Shown one piece after another: positions 25,622 to 39,540 of a stretch of 59,201 bases of DNA. Location of the stretch: assembly GCA_051453625.1 (NCBI GenBank), contig JBOZIK010000001.1, positions 13,047,196 through 13,106,396 on the forward strand. The letters are read 5' to 3'. The translations under genes were made by a program, and so were the position numbers. This stretch comes from Welwitschia mirabilis (lineage: Eukaryota). Each line of letters opens with the position of its first letter. Position 1 is the first letter of the stretch. The notes under the pieces are model-generated. The model worked only from the letters and a program-made list of their open reading frames with translations. It ran no database searches and was not told where the DNA came from.

Positions 25622-28600
25622 TACCAAATCATAAAAGATCCTAGAGAAATGAAATAAGAAAATGAGGAAGGAAAAACAAAAAAAAACCAATAAATATCAT
25701 TAAGGATTTTATAATAATATTAAAAGAATACACTCCAATGATATTAAATGCAAAATTAATGACTAAAAAGAGTGTAATTCCAACTTGTGATTTGTGTGAA
25801 GACAACTATCATGTAACTAAAGAATGTCCTTTATTACTAACTTACAAAGAAAAGATTTATGAAGAAGTGTGTGCATTTAGCTAAAAGTTTTCAAACTTTA
25901 GAAATCAAAATGAAAATCAAAACCTATTTTAATCTAGGATAAATGGACAACTTAGTTTTTAATATTTTTAGAATAAATTCAAGACTTTCAAGTAAATCAT
26001 CAAAATTTTCAATCATTTAGGAATAGATTTGAGAATGCTAACTTTCAAACAAACAACTCAAACATTCAATCAAGTAACACAAATTGTCAAGCAAGCATAT
26101 CAAATTCTTAAAATTAANNNNNNNNNNNNNNNNNNNNNNNNNNNNNNNNNNNNNNNNNNNNNNNNNNNNNNNNNNNNNNNNNNNNNNNNNNNNNNNNNNN
26201 NNNNNNNNNNNNNNNNNNNNNNNNNNNNNNNNNNNNNNNNNNNNNNNNNNNNNNNNNNNNNNNNNNNNNNNNNNNNNNNNNNNNNNNNNNNNNNNNNNNN
26301 NNNNNNNNNNNNNNNNNNNNNNNNNNNNNNNNNNNNNNNNNNNNNNNNNNNNNNNNNNNNNNNNNNNNNNNNNNNNNNNNNNNNNNNNNNNNNNNNNNNN
26401 NNNNNNNNNNNNNNNNNNNNNNNNNNNNNNNNNNNNNNNNNNNNNNNNNNNNNNNNNNNNNNNNNNNNNNNNNNNNNNNNNNNNNNNNNNNNNNNNNNNN
26501 NNNNNNNNNNNNNNNNNNNNNNNNNNNNNNNNNNNNNNNNNNNNNNNNNNNNNNNNNNNNNNNNNNNNNNNNNNNNNNNNNNNNNNNNNNNNNNNNNNNN
26601 NNNNNNNNNNNNNNNNNNCAAAGACCAGAAGGATCCTTTGCAATATAATCTTTATCAAACTCTAATAAAGTAAGAAAAGATTGTAAGGTTATACTAGAAG
26701 TGAAAATGAAATAATACCTTTTATCTATAAGGCTCTAAGTTCTCGAAATAATAAGAATGATGAAGAAGAAGAGGATATTGAAATATTAGAAAATCATACT
26801 TTCCCTTCTCCTTTAAGTAATAAGTTTAATATGAAAAATTCTTCTCAAGATAAAGGTAAGAAACCCACTACCCCTTGGCTTTATAGATTAAATATGAATC
26901 CTACTTTTGATAATTATCTTAAAGCCTTAATGAAAATGTGATTATAAATTTACCATTTTGGAAACTCTTGAAAGAAATCCTAAATATTCTAAGTTATGGA
27001 AATATCTAATTAAGGGCCAAAAAAATGAACTATACCTAGTAAAGTCTTCTTAGTCCAATCTATAACCAACTTAGTTTTACAAAAATGTCCAAAGTTTAAG
27101 GATCCAGTAACAATAATAGTTAGTATTATATCACAAGAAAATAAAAGAATAAAGAAAGCCTTAATCGATATAAAAGTACCTGTTAATATTATGCCTTTAC
27201 GCATTTGTCAATAACTTGATTTGAAAAGTAGAATTGAGCTTACACATATTATATTAGAATTGAAAGATACACCAATGAAAAAATGTTTTAAAATAATAAA
27301 ATATTTTGTGATATAAATTAAAGAAGCATTCTATCCAATAGATGTGGCTGTAATTGAAGTTGAGCATAATGAAGGTTATGCGCTACGTCTAGGTAGAGCA
27401 TTTTGTATAGTAGCCCACTGTATTATTAATAGAAAAATAGAATGATGGAATATCACTTAGAAAATTAAAAGTTTACCATTAGAGTTTTTTATGCTAGTGA
27501 AAAAGACCTAGGTGATGAGTTAAATATTAAAGAAAAAATTAATCCAACACTATTTTTATAGTTTCATCTACTTGAAGAGAGATGATTAATGCTTCATGAG
27601 TCTACCTTATATGATGATCCACTTAAAGTAAAAAACTTGAAAGCTTTCAATGATGATNNNNNNNNNNNNNNNNNNNNNNNNNNNNNNNNNNNNNNNNNNN
27701 NNNNNNNNNNNNNNNNNNNNNNNNNNNNNNNNNNNNNNNNNNNNNNNNNNNNNNNNNNNNNNNNNNNNNNNNNNNNNNNNNNNNNNNNNNNNNNNNNNNN
27801 NNNNNNNNNNNNNNNNNNNNNNNNNNNNNNNNNNNNNNNNNNNNNNNNNNNNNNNNNNNNNNNNNNNNNNNNNNNNNNNNNNNNNNNNNNNNNNNNNNNN
27901 NNNNNNNNNNNNNNNNNNNNNNNNNNNNNNNNNNNNNNNNNNNNNNNNNNNNNNNNNNNNNNNNNNNNNNNNNNNNNNNNNNGATGATTAATGCTTCATG
28001 AGTCTACCTTATATGATGATCCACTTAAAGTAAAAAACTTGAAAGCTTTCAATGATGATGAACTCAATTATAAGTATTTAGGTACTAACTATTTTGATTA
28101 GGATAGTGAAGAAACTAAAACTATAATTTGTAAAAAAAGTTCAACATCTAAAAACAACTGAGATTTTATATTTTAAAGGTGATCATTCATCCTAATCATC
28201 TAGACAAAAGTCTGAGGTAATAGTCAATTCCAATAAAAAATTAATAGAAACTGAAAATCTAAAATTAAATCTCAAACCTTTACGTAATGGACTAAAATAT
28301 CTTTTTGTGTAATGATCAGAATAAAGTATTGATAATAAGTGAAAATCTTCCACCTAACGAGAATCAATTTCAATCTACTTTTGAATTCTAAGATTAATGC
28401 ATTTGCTTAGACCCATGAATATTTAATAGTCAATCCTACATCTATTATTTAACATAAAATCTACATTAAGGATAATGCAAAAATCATAAGGCAACCCTAA
28501 CATAGACTAGATATAACCCTTAAATAAGTCATAAAAGATAAAATCATTAAATTAATGGATACTAGAATTATTTATGTCATATTTGATAGTAAGTGGGTTA

Positions 28601-30808
28601 GTTCTTTGATGATAGTGCCTAAGAAAGGTGGGAAGTGGAGAATGTGTATTTATTTTAGAAAGATAAATAAAGGAATAAAGAAAGAGCATTGCTCTTCACC
28701 TTTTCTTAACTAGATACTTAATAGAATCCAAGGATATGCCTTTTATTACTTTCTTGATGTATCTAGCAGTTACAATTAGGTTTGTATAGCTAGTGAGGAT
28801 TAAGCCAAAATAACTTTTGCTTTATCTTTTGGAACATTTACCGTTGGATGCATGCCTTTTGAACTTGGTAATTCTCTTGATACTTTTTAATGTGTAATGA
28901 TGAGTATTTTTTTCTAATATGTTAGAGGATCTAATTGAAAATTTTATGGATGACTTCTCAATCTATGATGAAAACTTTGAATAAATATTATAAAGGTTAG
29001 AAGAAGTCCTTAATAGATGTACTGAGAGTGGCCTAAATTTGAGTTAAGAGAAGATTTTTTTTTTATTTTGATAATGGAATNNNNNNNNNNNNNNNNNNNN
29101 NNNNNNNNNNNNNNNNNNNNNNNNNNNNNNNNNNNNNNNNNNNNNNNNNNNNNNNNNNNNNNNNNNNNNNNNNNNNNNNNAACTTTGAATAAATCTTATA
29201 AAGGTTAGAGGAAGTCCTTAATAGATGTACTGAGAGTGGCCTAAATTTGAGTTAAGAGAAGATTTTTTTTTTTTTTTTATTTTGATAATGGAATTGTCTT
29301 AGGTTACCACATTTCTAGTTAAGGAATTAGGATAAACCCTGAAAAATTAAGTATCATTAAAAACCTAACTCCTCCAACAAATATAAAATAAGTTTGATAT
29401 TTCCATAGTCATTGTGATTTTTATTGTTGTTTTATTTAGGATTATGCAAAATTTATAAACCCTTTTACTTGTTAATTAAAAATGAAGTTAAATTTAAATA
29501 GAATGAATCTTATTAGCTTGCTTTTTAAACACTTAAAAATAAAATCTTATCTACACATATTGTAATGAGACTCGATTGGAATAAAGATTTTCAGTTAATG
29601 TGTGATGCTAGTAATATTACCATGGATGGGATTCTTAGATAAAAATATAAAAATGATCCTAAAGTTATATCTTATCATAGCTAAACTTTGTCTAAAGCTT
29701 AATCAAATTACGCTACTACTAAGAAAGAAATGTTAGCAATGATCTTTTACCTGGATATGCTTAGACACTATCTTTTAGACTTTCATATAAATGTTTATAC
29801 CTATCATGTAGTCATTAGATACCTCATAATTAAGAAAGATTATAATGCTATAATCATTCAATGTATCCTCTATAAGAATTTAATCTTACCATCATTGATA
29901 AAGTAAGAAACATAATAGTGTAGCAGATCATTTATCACATCTTTTTTCTTCTCTTGTTAATCTTATGATTGATGATTCTTTTCTAGATGAATAAATTTTT
30001 GTCATATATTCTACTATCCTCCTCCTTAGTATGCTGACATAGTTAATTATCTTATTACTATAAAAACACCATAACATTGGACTCATAATTAAAGAAAATG
30101 TTTTATTCACAGAATAGGCGATCATAAATGGATAGAACCACATCTTTACCATAGGTGCAAAGATCAAATCATGAGAAAATGTATGAATTAGATATTCTTT
30201 ATCTTTTTCATAATGGTATTTTTGGAGGTCATTTTAGTGGATAGAAAATAGTAATGAAAATTCTAAAATCTGGTTTTCATTGGCTTAGGTTTTTTTCAAA
30301 TCTCTTTTAATTTTGCTAGAAGGTGTAATTCTTATCAATATTATGGTAACCTTATTCATTCTTACGATATGCTCCTTAAATATATACTGAAATGTGAATC
30401 TTTTGATTATTGGAGAATTAATTTTATAGGCCCTATTAAACCACCTTCTAATTTTAAGAACTATATTTTAGTAGTTGTTGGTTATGTTACTAAATTGATT
30501 GAAGGTATTCCTACTTTTACGAATGATGTCTAAACAGTTTGTACTTTTATTAGAACTCATATTTTTCAACATTTTTGTTTTTTTAAAATTATTATTAGTG
30601 AATAAGAAACTTATTTTATTAATTAACATTTTAGGAAACTTCTTTTATCCATTAGAATTGAACATATGATAGCTTATGTTTATCATTCACAAACCAATGA
30701 TCAAGTAGAAAATGCAAATAGGGAAATAAAGAAAATGTTTCAAAAAATTATTTCTGTTTTAAAAAAAAAAATATTAGATTTCAAATCTTGACAATGTTCT
30801 TTGGGCTT
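25622..30808 (+). pseudogene. Element B gag C-terminus and pol (PR-RT-RH-IN), degenerate
   Basis: CDLCEDNYHVTKECP (~25786), ALIDIKVPVNIMP (~27160), SKWVSS..KKGGKWRMCI (~28590-28650), FMDDFSI (~28945), LMCDASN (~29596), NYATTKKEMLA (~29706), YHSQTN (~30680), NVLWA. Confidence 0.92.
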
Positions 30809-31905
30809 TGTTGCAATGCAAATTTGTACTTCTAATTCCAATATTCTAAAGATCGAATTTAACTTGCAACATCTGAAAAGATAAACATCTAATTTCATAT
30901 AATACACATTTGTATAATGGGATCAACCCAATTGTCATACACTTAGAGAATACTATCAAAAGAGAATATGAAAACTTAATTTCATAAAGAGAAGAAGAAC
31001 ATCTTTTTGACTTTTTGTTTAAAGAAAATAAAATCAAATAATGCAAAGATGAAGATGGAATGTAATGTAATGCAATGGAGTAAAACGAAATGTAATGAAT
31101 GCAATTCTAATGCGATGAATATAATTAAACTTCCAATCTATTATCACCTAGATTAGTCCTTATAACCTATTTCAATTACAAATTAATGTCACTCAAATTA
31201 TAATTAAGATAACCTATAAAGAATAACAATAAAATAGTTGAAAAGATTTCAAGTTAATCAATGCTTTTATTAATGAAATTAAAGTACATCCACTTATGAG
31301 AATAAATCCTCAATGAAAGATTATCTACCTAATACCAAGGTGATCCTTCTCAGAAATAGAATGGATCTTCTTTCCTCCAACAATCTTTAATTTTCACATG
31401 AATGCAAATAACAAAGAATGATTTTGAATAGGATCTGAAAGGGTCTATTTATAGGTTTAAGAAAGGGTGTGAAATGAAGAGGTACAAGTTAAATACATCC
31501 TTTCATAACAATTTAATTAACTTTATACATTATTTTAAGTGTCGTCACTCATGTCGTCCACATGACAAAGAGGATGACACTTTATCTGCCAACTAATGCT
31601 TTGCATGTGTCGAAAATGCTAACTGTCATCCCAGTAGTCATCCCCATGACATAGAGGACGACCATACTTTTCTGACTATTGTTTCCTCTATCATTCCCAT
31701 GATAGTAAGGACGATCAATATATCTTCATTGTTTTTCTTTAGTCTTTCTTTATACAAAAATGGCTTCTTATTTAGAATATTATTGCATATTTTGGATTGT
31801 ATGGAAGCTTTATAGAATTTGCATAAATCCTTAGAAAAACATATAAATAATACCTAAAAATGTACTCCACAAGTGCATTAAATAGGTCAAGTTGGCATTG
31901 CAATA
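30809..31905 (-). mobile_element. Solo LTR (antisense) inserted in B integrase
   Basis: Plus strand reads TGTTGCAATGC...GCATTGCAATA with TSD GGCTT / AGCTT. The host reads VLWA|YHT across it, and there is a minus-strand TATA (TATTTATAGG ~31446). Confidence 0.9.
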
Positions 31906-32450
31906 AGCTTACCATACTATTTAGCATAATTCTCTTAGCTTTTTACCTTATAAACTTGTATATAGAAAAGTTTGTATTTTATCAATTAATGTATGTTATC
32001 ACTCTTATCATTCTTCTCATCAACTTAATCTTGTGAACCTTCATGAAAATATTAAAAATAAATTAGTCTAACTTAATTACTTAAATAAAAAATGTATTCA
32101 TGTTATACATGGTCAACTCATTCACAAAGCCCAAGCTAAGTTTAAACATGATAAAAGGTTACTTCGTAAAAAGTTTGAATGTGGTTAACTTGTTTTTTTA
32201 ATACAATACTAAAGCATATTTTTTACACAACAAGTTGATTTGTAACTGGTTAGATCATTATCTTATAGCTAAAGTACATTCTAATGACTCTATTAAGATT
32301 TTTAACTTAGACACTAAGAAAATTCAAAAAGTTAATGGACAAAGGTTAAAAATACATGGAAAAACTTTTGATACAATCTTGAACATGATAGAAGAAATTA
32401 TTTTTGAGGTTCTCCTTGATAGAAAGGACTTCCTCCTTACCATTGTCTAA
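31906..32450 (+). pseudogene. Element B integrase C-terminus
   Basis: AKFKHDKR..KKFECG, CNWLDHYLIAKVHSNDSIKI and QKVNGQRLK; homologous to 21000-21530. Confidence 0.9.
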
Positions 32451-35089
32451 ATTCTCTATTAGCCTATTTCTTTGGTGGATGTTATGATATTACTTGTTTA
32501 TTTTTAACTTGACTTATGTGTTTTGCTTTATAAAGTTTTTATGATTAGTATTCATACTTAGGAATTTTTATAGTGATAAGATTGGATTCACCCAATCTTA
32601 AGACATTCACATATCTATGAACTTCATTNNNNNNNNNNNNNNNNNNNNNNNNNNNNNNNNNNNNNNNNNNNNNNNNNNNNNNNNNNNNNNNNNNNNNNNN
32701 NNNNNNNNNNNNNNNNNNNNNNNNNNNNNNNNNNNNNNNNNNNNNNNNNNNNNNNNNNNNNNNNNNNNNNNNNNNNNNNNNNNNNNNNNNNNNNNNNNNN
32801 NNNNNNNNNNNNNNNNNNNNNNNNNNNNNNNNNNNNNNNNNNNNNNNNNNNNNNNNNNNNNNNNNNNNNNNNNNNNNNNNNNNNNNNNNNNNNNNNNNNN
32901 NNNNNNNNNNNNNNNNNNNNNNNNNNNNNNNNNNNNNNNNNNNNNNNNNNNNNNNNNNNNNNNNNNNNNNNNNNNNNNNNNNNNNNNNNNNNNNNNNNNN
33001 NNNNNNNNNNNNNNNNNNNNNNNNNNNNNNNNNNNNNNNNNNNNNNNNNNNNNNNNNNNNNNNNNNNNNNNNNNNNNNNNNNNNNNNNNNNNNNNNNNNN
33101 NNNNNNNNNNNNNNNNNNNNNNNNNNNNNNNNNNNNNNNNNNNNNNNNNNNNNNNNNNNNNNNNNNNNNNNNNNNNNNNNNNNNNNNNNNNNNNNNNNNN
33201 NNNNNNNNNNNNNNNNNNNNNNNNNNNNNNNNNNNNNNNNNNNNNNNNNNNNNNNNNNNNNNNNNNNNNNNNNNNNNNNNNNNNNNNNNNNNNNNNNNNN
33301 NNNNNNNNNNNNNNNNNNNNNNNNNNNNNNNNNNNNNNNNNNNNNNNNNNNNNNNNNNNNNNNNNNNNNNNNNNNNNNNNNNNNNNNNNNNNNNNNNNNN
33401 NNNNNNNNNNNNNNNNNNNNNNNNNNNNNNNNNNNNNNNNNNNNNNNNNNNNNNNNNNNNNNNNNNNNNNNNNNNNNNNNNNNNNNNNNNNNNNNNNNNN
33501 NNNNNNNNNNNNNNNNNNNNNNNNNNNNNNNNNNNNNNNNNNNNNNNNNNNNNNNNNNNNNNNNNNAGGTGTGAGAAGATGAGTTCATTTTTTAGTAGCT
33601 TTTGATCTTATCATTTATTATTTTAAGTACTTAATCTATGCTATCATCATAATCACTACCTTTTCAAGTGAAATTTTTTTGAGTCGATATGCTTTATTAT
33701 GCATATTTACTTAGGTGGGTTAATGATATATTCCAAGTTGGTTTGCTAGATTAAAATTTAGGGTAGGTAAGCTATCTTCTTTATGGTCCTTGTGTCCATT
33801 TTCACTCTATCTTTTCTTGGTTCTTTAGTTTGTTATTTTAAAGTAATTGTTATACTTTCTTATCATCATTTATTTGATCTTATCATTTAGAAGTTTCCCT
33901 GCTGTTATTGTCATCTTTATACATATTGTTTTATCAATAAAAATTTTACTTGCTTTTAGCATTTTAATCAGGTGGTCTTCTATTAGATGAATTCTTCATG
34001 ATTTTTATGAGATTCCTTCGAGTCTTTTAGAGTTTGACATATTTTTATGATTATTTTTTAGCTCAGGAATATTTGTTTAATTTCTTTGATAGGCTTCATC
34101 CTAGTTAGAACATTATCATCATCCTATCTTTCAATTTCTTTGGGTTTTTTCAATTATTATTACTTATCACAACTATTTATCATTCCCTATTTTTTCAAGT
34201 TTTCTAATAAAATTTGATATCTTTATGTTGATATTTGAGCCTAACTTGTTTGGCTAACATTTTCATTTTTAAGAACTTTTTTAAAGTCCCATTATTCATC
34301 AAGTTATCCACACAACATGGGGGATGGAAACTGAGATTTTTCTGAGAGTCGTTCAACTATCATCTAGATGATGTAACTAGACAATAGTGTAATAAAACGA
34401 TGGTCACATTTCTTTTCCTCCATTTTTATTTCATTCTCTATTGTTTTTATCCATTCTCTACGAGACGATAGTAACTCTAGTTTCTAATGATGTTTTGAAA
34501 TTATCCCACCAAATTAGCACTCTAAATTGTGAATGTTATATGAACTTTTTAAAATGAGGCATGTTTTTCTCTCCCTCATTATTTTTAACTTTTTATCCCA
34601 TTTTTGAGCTTTTCATCTCATAGTTTTATGAATATCATTTAGTTTTTTGTGCTCTTCAATTTGGTACTTATGGATTAGACTTTTACCATGTATTTTATAA
34701 GATATCTCGAATTGTGCATTTTATAAGGTAGAATTAGGTTTTTAACTTTAAATCTCATTTTTTCTAAAAATGTAAGTAAAAGCATTGTAGTACTTTAAGA
34801 TAAATTGATCAATATGATGAGTTTATAATTCCACTAGATTAGATTTTTTATTTGAGAAATTTTATTTGTGATGTTATGTGGGGCTCACCAGTTTACATAT
34901 TTTGAATTTTTCTTGCACTTTGCATTTTTATTCACACAATTAGGTAATACAAGACATATTAATACTCTTACTGGGAAGTAGAACATATTTTCATGATTTT
35001 CATACATTAAAAACTAATTTATGCAATCATTTCGAGCTTTCATGTGATACATTTTAGTTATCTTCACTTGATATTGCATGATGCATTTC

Positions 35090-36310
35090 ATGTTTATGAG
35101 TAATTAGCCATGTACATGTAGAACATGATAAGCTGAGGTAGAGTACAAGGCAGTAAAATAGGAGAAAGGCCCATTGGTGAGGTTGATTAGATAAAGTCAG
35201 TCCACCCTCCACCTCATTAGGCTTAGTCTCTCTCGATTCAGACAGCTTCTAATTTATTAAAGAGATATTTTAGGGATTTTATAAGATAATTAAAGCTAAA
35301 GGTGGATGAGAGACTGATAGATCTATGACTCTGATAGATCATATGTGTATAAGATTACATCTTGGAAACCAAAAAATTAAATGACACTATACATATAGAG
35401 AGGCATTTCAATTCTTATGTTCAATTTATTGATATGATCATAGCTATCATTTATGGCCATGATATAGTGACTATCTTGATCCACATTGTTGCTATTACTA
35501 ATCTAAGTGGCATTAGGAGTATAGATATTCATCCAGCTAACTGCACAAAGGAGTGTTGGGCTTATGGTGTAGTATTAGACATTCTAGCTGACCTGTCTAC
35601 TAATAGGCAAGAAGTCTTTATAATATAACTATCACTTGCCTATCAAATTCTTCACAAAGTGCTAATTCATAACATTAGCCTATCATTCCATGATAGTGAT
35701 GATATGGTAGTACACCTCTAAATGTCAGTAGTATTTAGTCAGGTGGAGCAGATGGATCTACCAACATTTATTTGGAGAATACTTAAAAGTATGATTGAGG
35801 CATGACAATTAGAAAGATGAGGATATGCTTTCCTCCTCTCAACCATGTTCAGATGCTTTGGTATACATAATCCTGTGGGTGAGTAGATACTCACAAATAT
35901 TTAAACTTTAACTTGTTACCTTTAAGACATGGGCATTCAGATACCATAAGAGACAGAGAGACCTTAAGCATAAAGGCCTGTAATCATCATCACTATTGAG
36001 AAAATTCAATCTCTCCTATTAGAGATAACACAGAGCATTAGAGAGATGATAGAATAAGGCATTGTCATACTTAAGTAGAAGATCTCTATAGTTGAGAGGA
36101 GAGTACAATACACTGAGGAGTAGTTGGTTGATGTGCACTAGTGCATATTATGTATTGAGCATGGTGTGATAGAGGACCTCATAGAGCCAGTTAGAGTACA
36201 GGGAGATGAGATAGCATGCTCCATTACAATATCACTGGACCATCATTTTGTTGTACATCCTAAGCATCCTCCTTCTTCTCCACTTGCACCTAAGCCTACT
36301 GTACATTAGG
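35090..36310 (+). pseudogene. Element B extra ('env-like' / putative plant transposon protein) ORF, degenerate
   Basis: Lies between pol and PPT. Reads ILHKVLIHNI (~35648), DLPTFIWRIL (~35755), GYAFLLSTMFRCFGI (~35821), a coiled-coil-like stretch and a Pro-rich end HPPSSPLAPKP. Start is approximate. Confidence 0.65.
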
Positions 36311-36880
36311 AGTTCATTATGATGCAACGAGGGGAGTGATTTACTATGTTGTATTATGTATCTTTCCTTTGTAAATTATATAAAAACTCATGATTTTTAT
36401 AAACATATCATTTACTAAGTATCATAATAGTGTACATTTTTATTACTAGGATATTATGCATATCTTTTACATATCACTTTTGATACTTCACGATGAGCAT
36501 TTTTCATATGTCACACATGATTATTTTCTTAGTATCTGCTACACATTTGAGTGGTGTGCTATTAATATCAATGCATTTTAATGTTTATATTTCTTAAAAA
36601 AAAATTCATAGGCTTCTTTTTTTTAAGACCAATTTTTGAGCCTATCATCCTCTCCATCATCTGAGCGACCACTAGGATGGTAGTATGGTTACTTACACTA
36701 CATAGATAAAACATTTAGTTATCTATTTTTAACATTTCTATTCTGCATTTTAAAAGTCCTGAGATTATTTTTGAGTTTATTTCATGATTTTCTAGTTAAT
36801 TTATCTTAAGTTAATTTGTCTCGCAATTATGGTTGTTCATTTCATTTTGTTAGGAACTGACAAGGCTAAGTAGGGGATTA

Positions 36881-38762
36881 TCTTGTACTACCAAATTTAT
36901 GTATTTTATAAGGTATTTTAAGTAGTTNNNNNNNNNNNNNNNNNNNNNNNNNNNNNNNNNNNNNNNNNNNNNNNNNNNNNNNNNNNNNNNNNNNNNNNNN
37001 NNNNNNNNNNNNNNNNNNNNNNNNNNNNNNNNNNNNNNNNNNNNNNNNNNNNNNNNNNNNNNNNNNNNNNNNNNNNNNNNNNNNNNNNNNNNNNNNNNNN
37101 NNNNNNNNNNNNNNNNNNNNNNNNNNNNNNNNNNNNNNNNNNNNNNNNNNNNNNNNNNNNNNNNNNNNNNNNNNNNNNNNNNNNNNNNNNNNNNNNNNNN
37201 NNNNNNNNNNNNNNNNNNNNNNNNNNNNNNNNNNNNNNNNNNNNNNNNNNNNNNNNNNNNNNNNNNNNNNNNNNNNNNNNNNNNNNNNNNNNNNNNNNNN
37301 NNNNNNNNNNNNNNNNNNNNNNNNNNNNNNNNNNNNNNNNNNNNNNNNNNNNNNNNNNNNNNNNNNNNNNNNNNNNNNNNNNNNNNNNNNNNNNNNNNNN
37401 NNNNNNNNNNNNNNNNNNNNNNNNNNNNNNNNNNNNNNNNNNNNNNNNNNNNNNNNNNNNNNNNNNNNNNNNNNNNNNNNNNNNNNNNNNNNNNNNNNNN
37501 NNNNNNNNNNNNNNNNNNNNNNNNNNNNNNNNNNNNNNNNNNNNNNNNNNNNNNNNNNNNNNNNATCATCTGGATGATAACTATACAGATAACAAAAGTA
37601 CTTATACTGATAAGAATGCTTACTGGGCTAATCTGGCAGCTAATGTGGAATCTATATGATGTGGCTTTATTCCCTATGATGTCCAAATGACTAACAAGAT
37701 AACACCTACAAATAATGCTTCATCAAACTTCATCAAACTTTTACCATGTATCTTATGCCTTTCTACACAGTTGTTAGGGTTTTTATCGCATCTATTAGTA
37801 TTTGCTATTTTTAGAGTTTATTTTATAATAAATACCTCCTTAATCCTTGCCTCCAATTTTATCTTCTTTGGCACTGGAGATTCTTGTAACAGAATATCAA
37901 AGGGCAGGAGGTCCATCCCTTATTGGTGTAGATAGATGTCTTCCTTAGTATTGGGTTGTATATCCTTCATTGAGGTGTTGCTACTTTATAACATTAATAT
38001 TGGNNNNNNNNNNNNNNNNNNNNNNNNNNNNNNNNNNNNNNNNNNNNNNNNNNNNNNNNNNNNNNNNNNNNNNNNNNNNNNNNNNNNNNNNNNNNNNNNN
38101 NNNGGTATAGATAGATGTCTTCCTTAGTATTAGGTTGTATATCCTTCATTGAGGTGTTGCTACTTTATAACATTAATGTTGGTTTGACTTAATCAAACCT
38201 CTATTTTTCTTCTTATATAATTTGTTATATGCATCTCCCTTATGGTTTATGTTGCTTATGATTTTGTAACAGCTTCATTTGTGATATATATCATAAGAGT
38301 AATCTTTGTTAAGGTTGACATTATTAGTTTAGATGCATTGCATTTCATTTCATAGATTAACTTTGCATTGTTTTCATATTTTATTCGATGCATCTAATAG
38401 CTTAGGTCATTTTTGGTCTTGTGATGGCTTTTCTTGATTGATCTATGTTATATAGGGCTGATCTCCATGACAGGTTGATTTGGTAATCAGGTAGATGTTT
38501 CATGTAGAATAAAACTTGCATCTCATTTACATAGTGTATTTGTTTGCATTGTTATTTTACATTATTATTATTATACTTAGATATTACATAAATATTTTGC
38601 TTGAAATTAATTCTTTTTCTTCTTGTCTGTGCCTTCGATGGAATTATGACATTTAGGTCACTTCCATCTATATGAGTCTATCGTGTTGTGTAATATATAT
38701 ATTTTAGTGATTTTCAAGATTTATTTGATGATATAACATTTGCAGAAATACACACCGCAACA
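36881..38762 (+). repeat. Element B 3' LTR (gapped)
   Basis: PPT AAGTAGGGGATTA then TCTTGTACTACCAAAT (TG>TC) ...CCGCAACA; aligns to the 5' LTR. Confidence 0.88.
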
Positions 38763-38767
38763 ATCAT

Positions 38768-39540
38768 GAATCCTTAGAAGATTTACTTGTAAGATTTCAC
38801 TCTTCTTAAGAGCATATACCTAATTTTTAATTTAAAACATAGTATTTTAAAAAAATTTCCATGTTTTTAGCCTTCTTTTAATCAAGTTTGTCTTTTATTC
38901 TATACCCTAAATCATTGATTGTTATGGATAGAATTTCTAAACTTAAAATTATTACTATTATTTTAATATGGTCTTGCTTCAAATGGAGGCCTATAGGAAG
39001 TCTATTAGTATGGTTTTCTTTGCTAGTAATTTGAGTACCCTTGACATCATGATTTAGGATTATTAGGATAGCTTCATTACAGAGATGAAATTAAAGTTGA
39101 AAAGTGATGGGACTCTTATCTTAAAGCATTGCTATCATTTCTTTGATTATGTTAGATATATATTACTCCATAAGATTAAGCTTAATATTTAGTTTACCTA
39201 TCAATAACACATAATTAATGGATTTTAGTTTGATACAAACTTACTGCTTCTTAATGGAATTAAGGTATGATAGCCCATGGTTGTTATCAAGGAATAGGTT
39301 ATGGTGGTATTACAGGTTATATTTGTTTTATGGAAGTTTATAAATTTTGTATAGTGGGTACTTGAGATTTTTGAATGTTCATAATACTCATTAGTTTCTA
39401 CATCTTTTCCTCCATCTTTGTAAACACTGTCACTTATTCTTGAGAAAAGGATACTTTCTTAGTTGGTCTTATTGGTTATCTTATGATCTACTTGACTAAT
39501 TCTTCTAAAATATTAAATGTTTCTTCTATTATTTTTATTT
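38768..39540 (-). pseudogene. Element A gag, central part
   Basis: Minus strand reads IEETFNILEELVK (~39490-39530) followed by a decayed knuckle-like and N/Q-rich region. It lies between B's TSD and the LINE. Confidence 0.6.

Larger units (their letters stand above)
8275..38762 (+). mobile_element. Element B: structurally full-length Athila-like Ty3/gypsy element with extra ORF, carrying three nested insertions
   Basis: LTR-PBS(Asp)-gag-pol-extra ORF-PPT-LTR. Flanks CTCAT (8270-8274) and ATCAT (38763-38767) form a 1-mismatch TSD, and element A continues on both sides. Confidence 0.85.
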
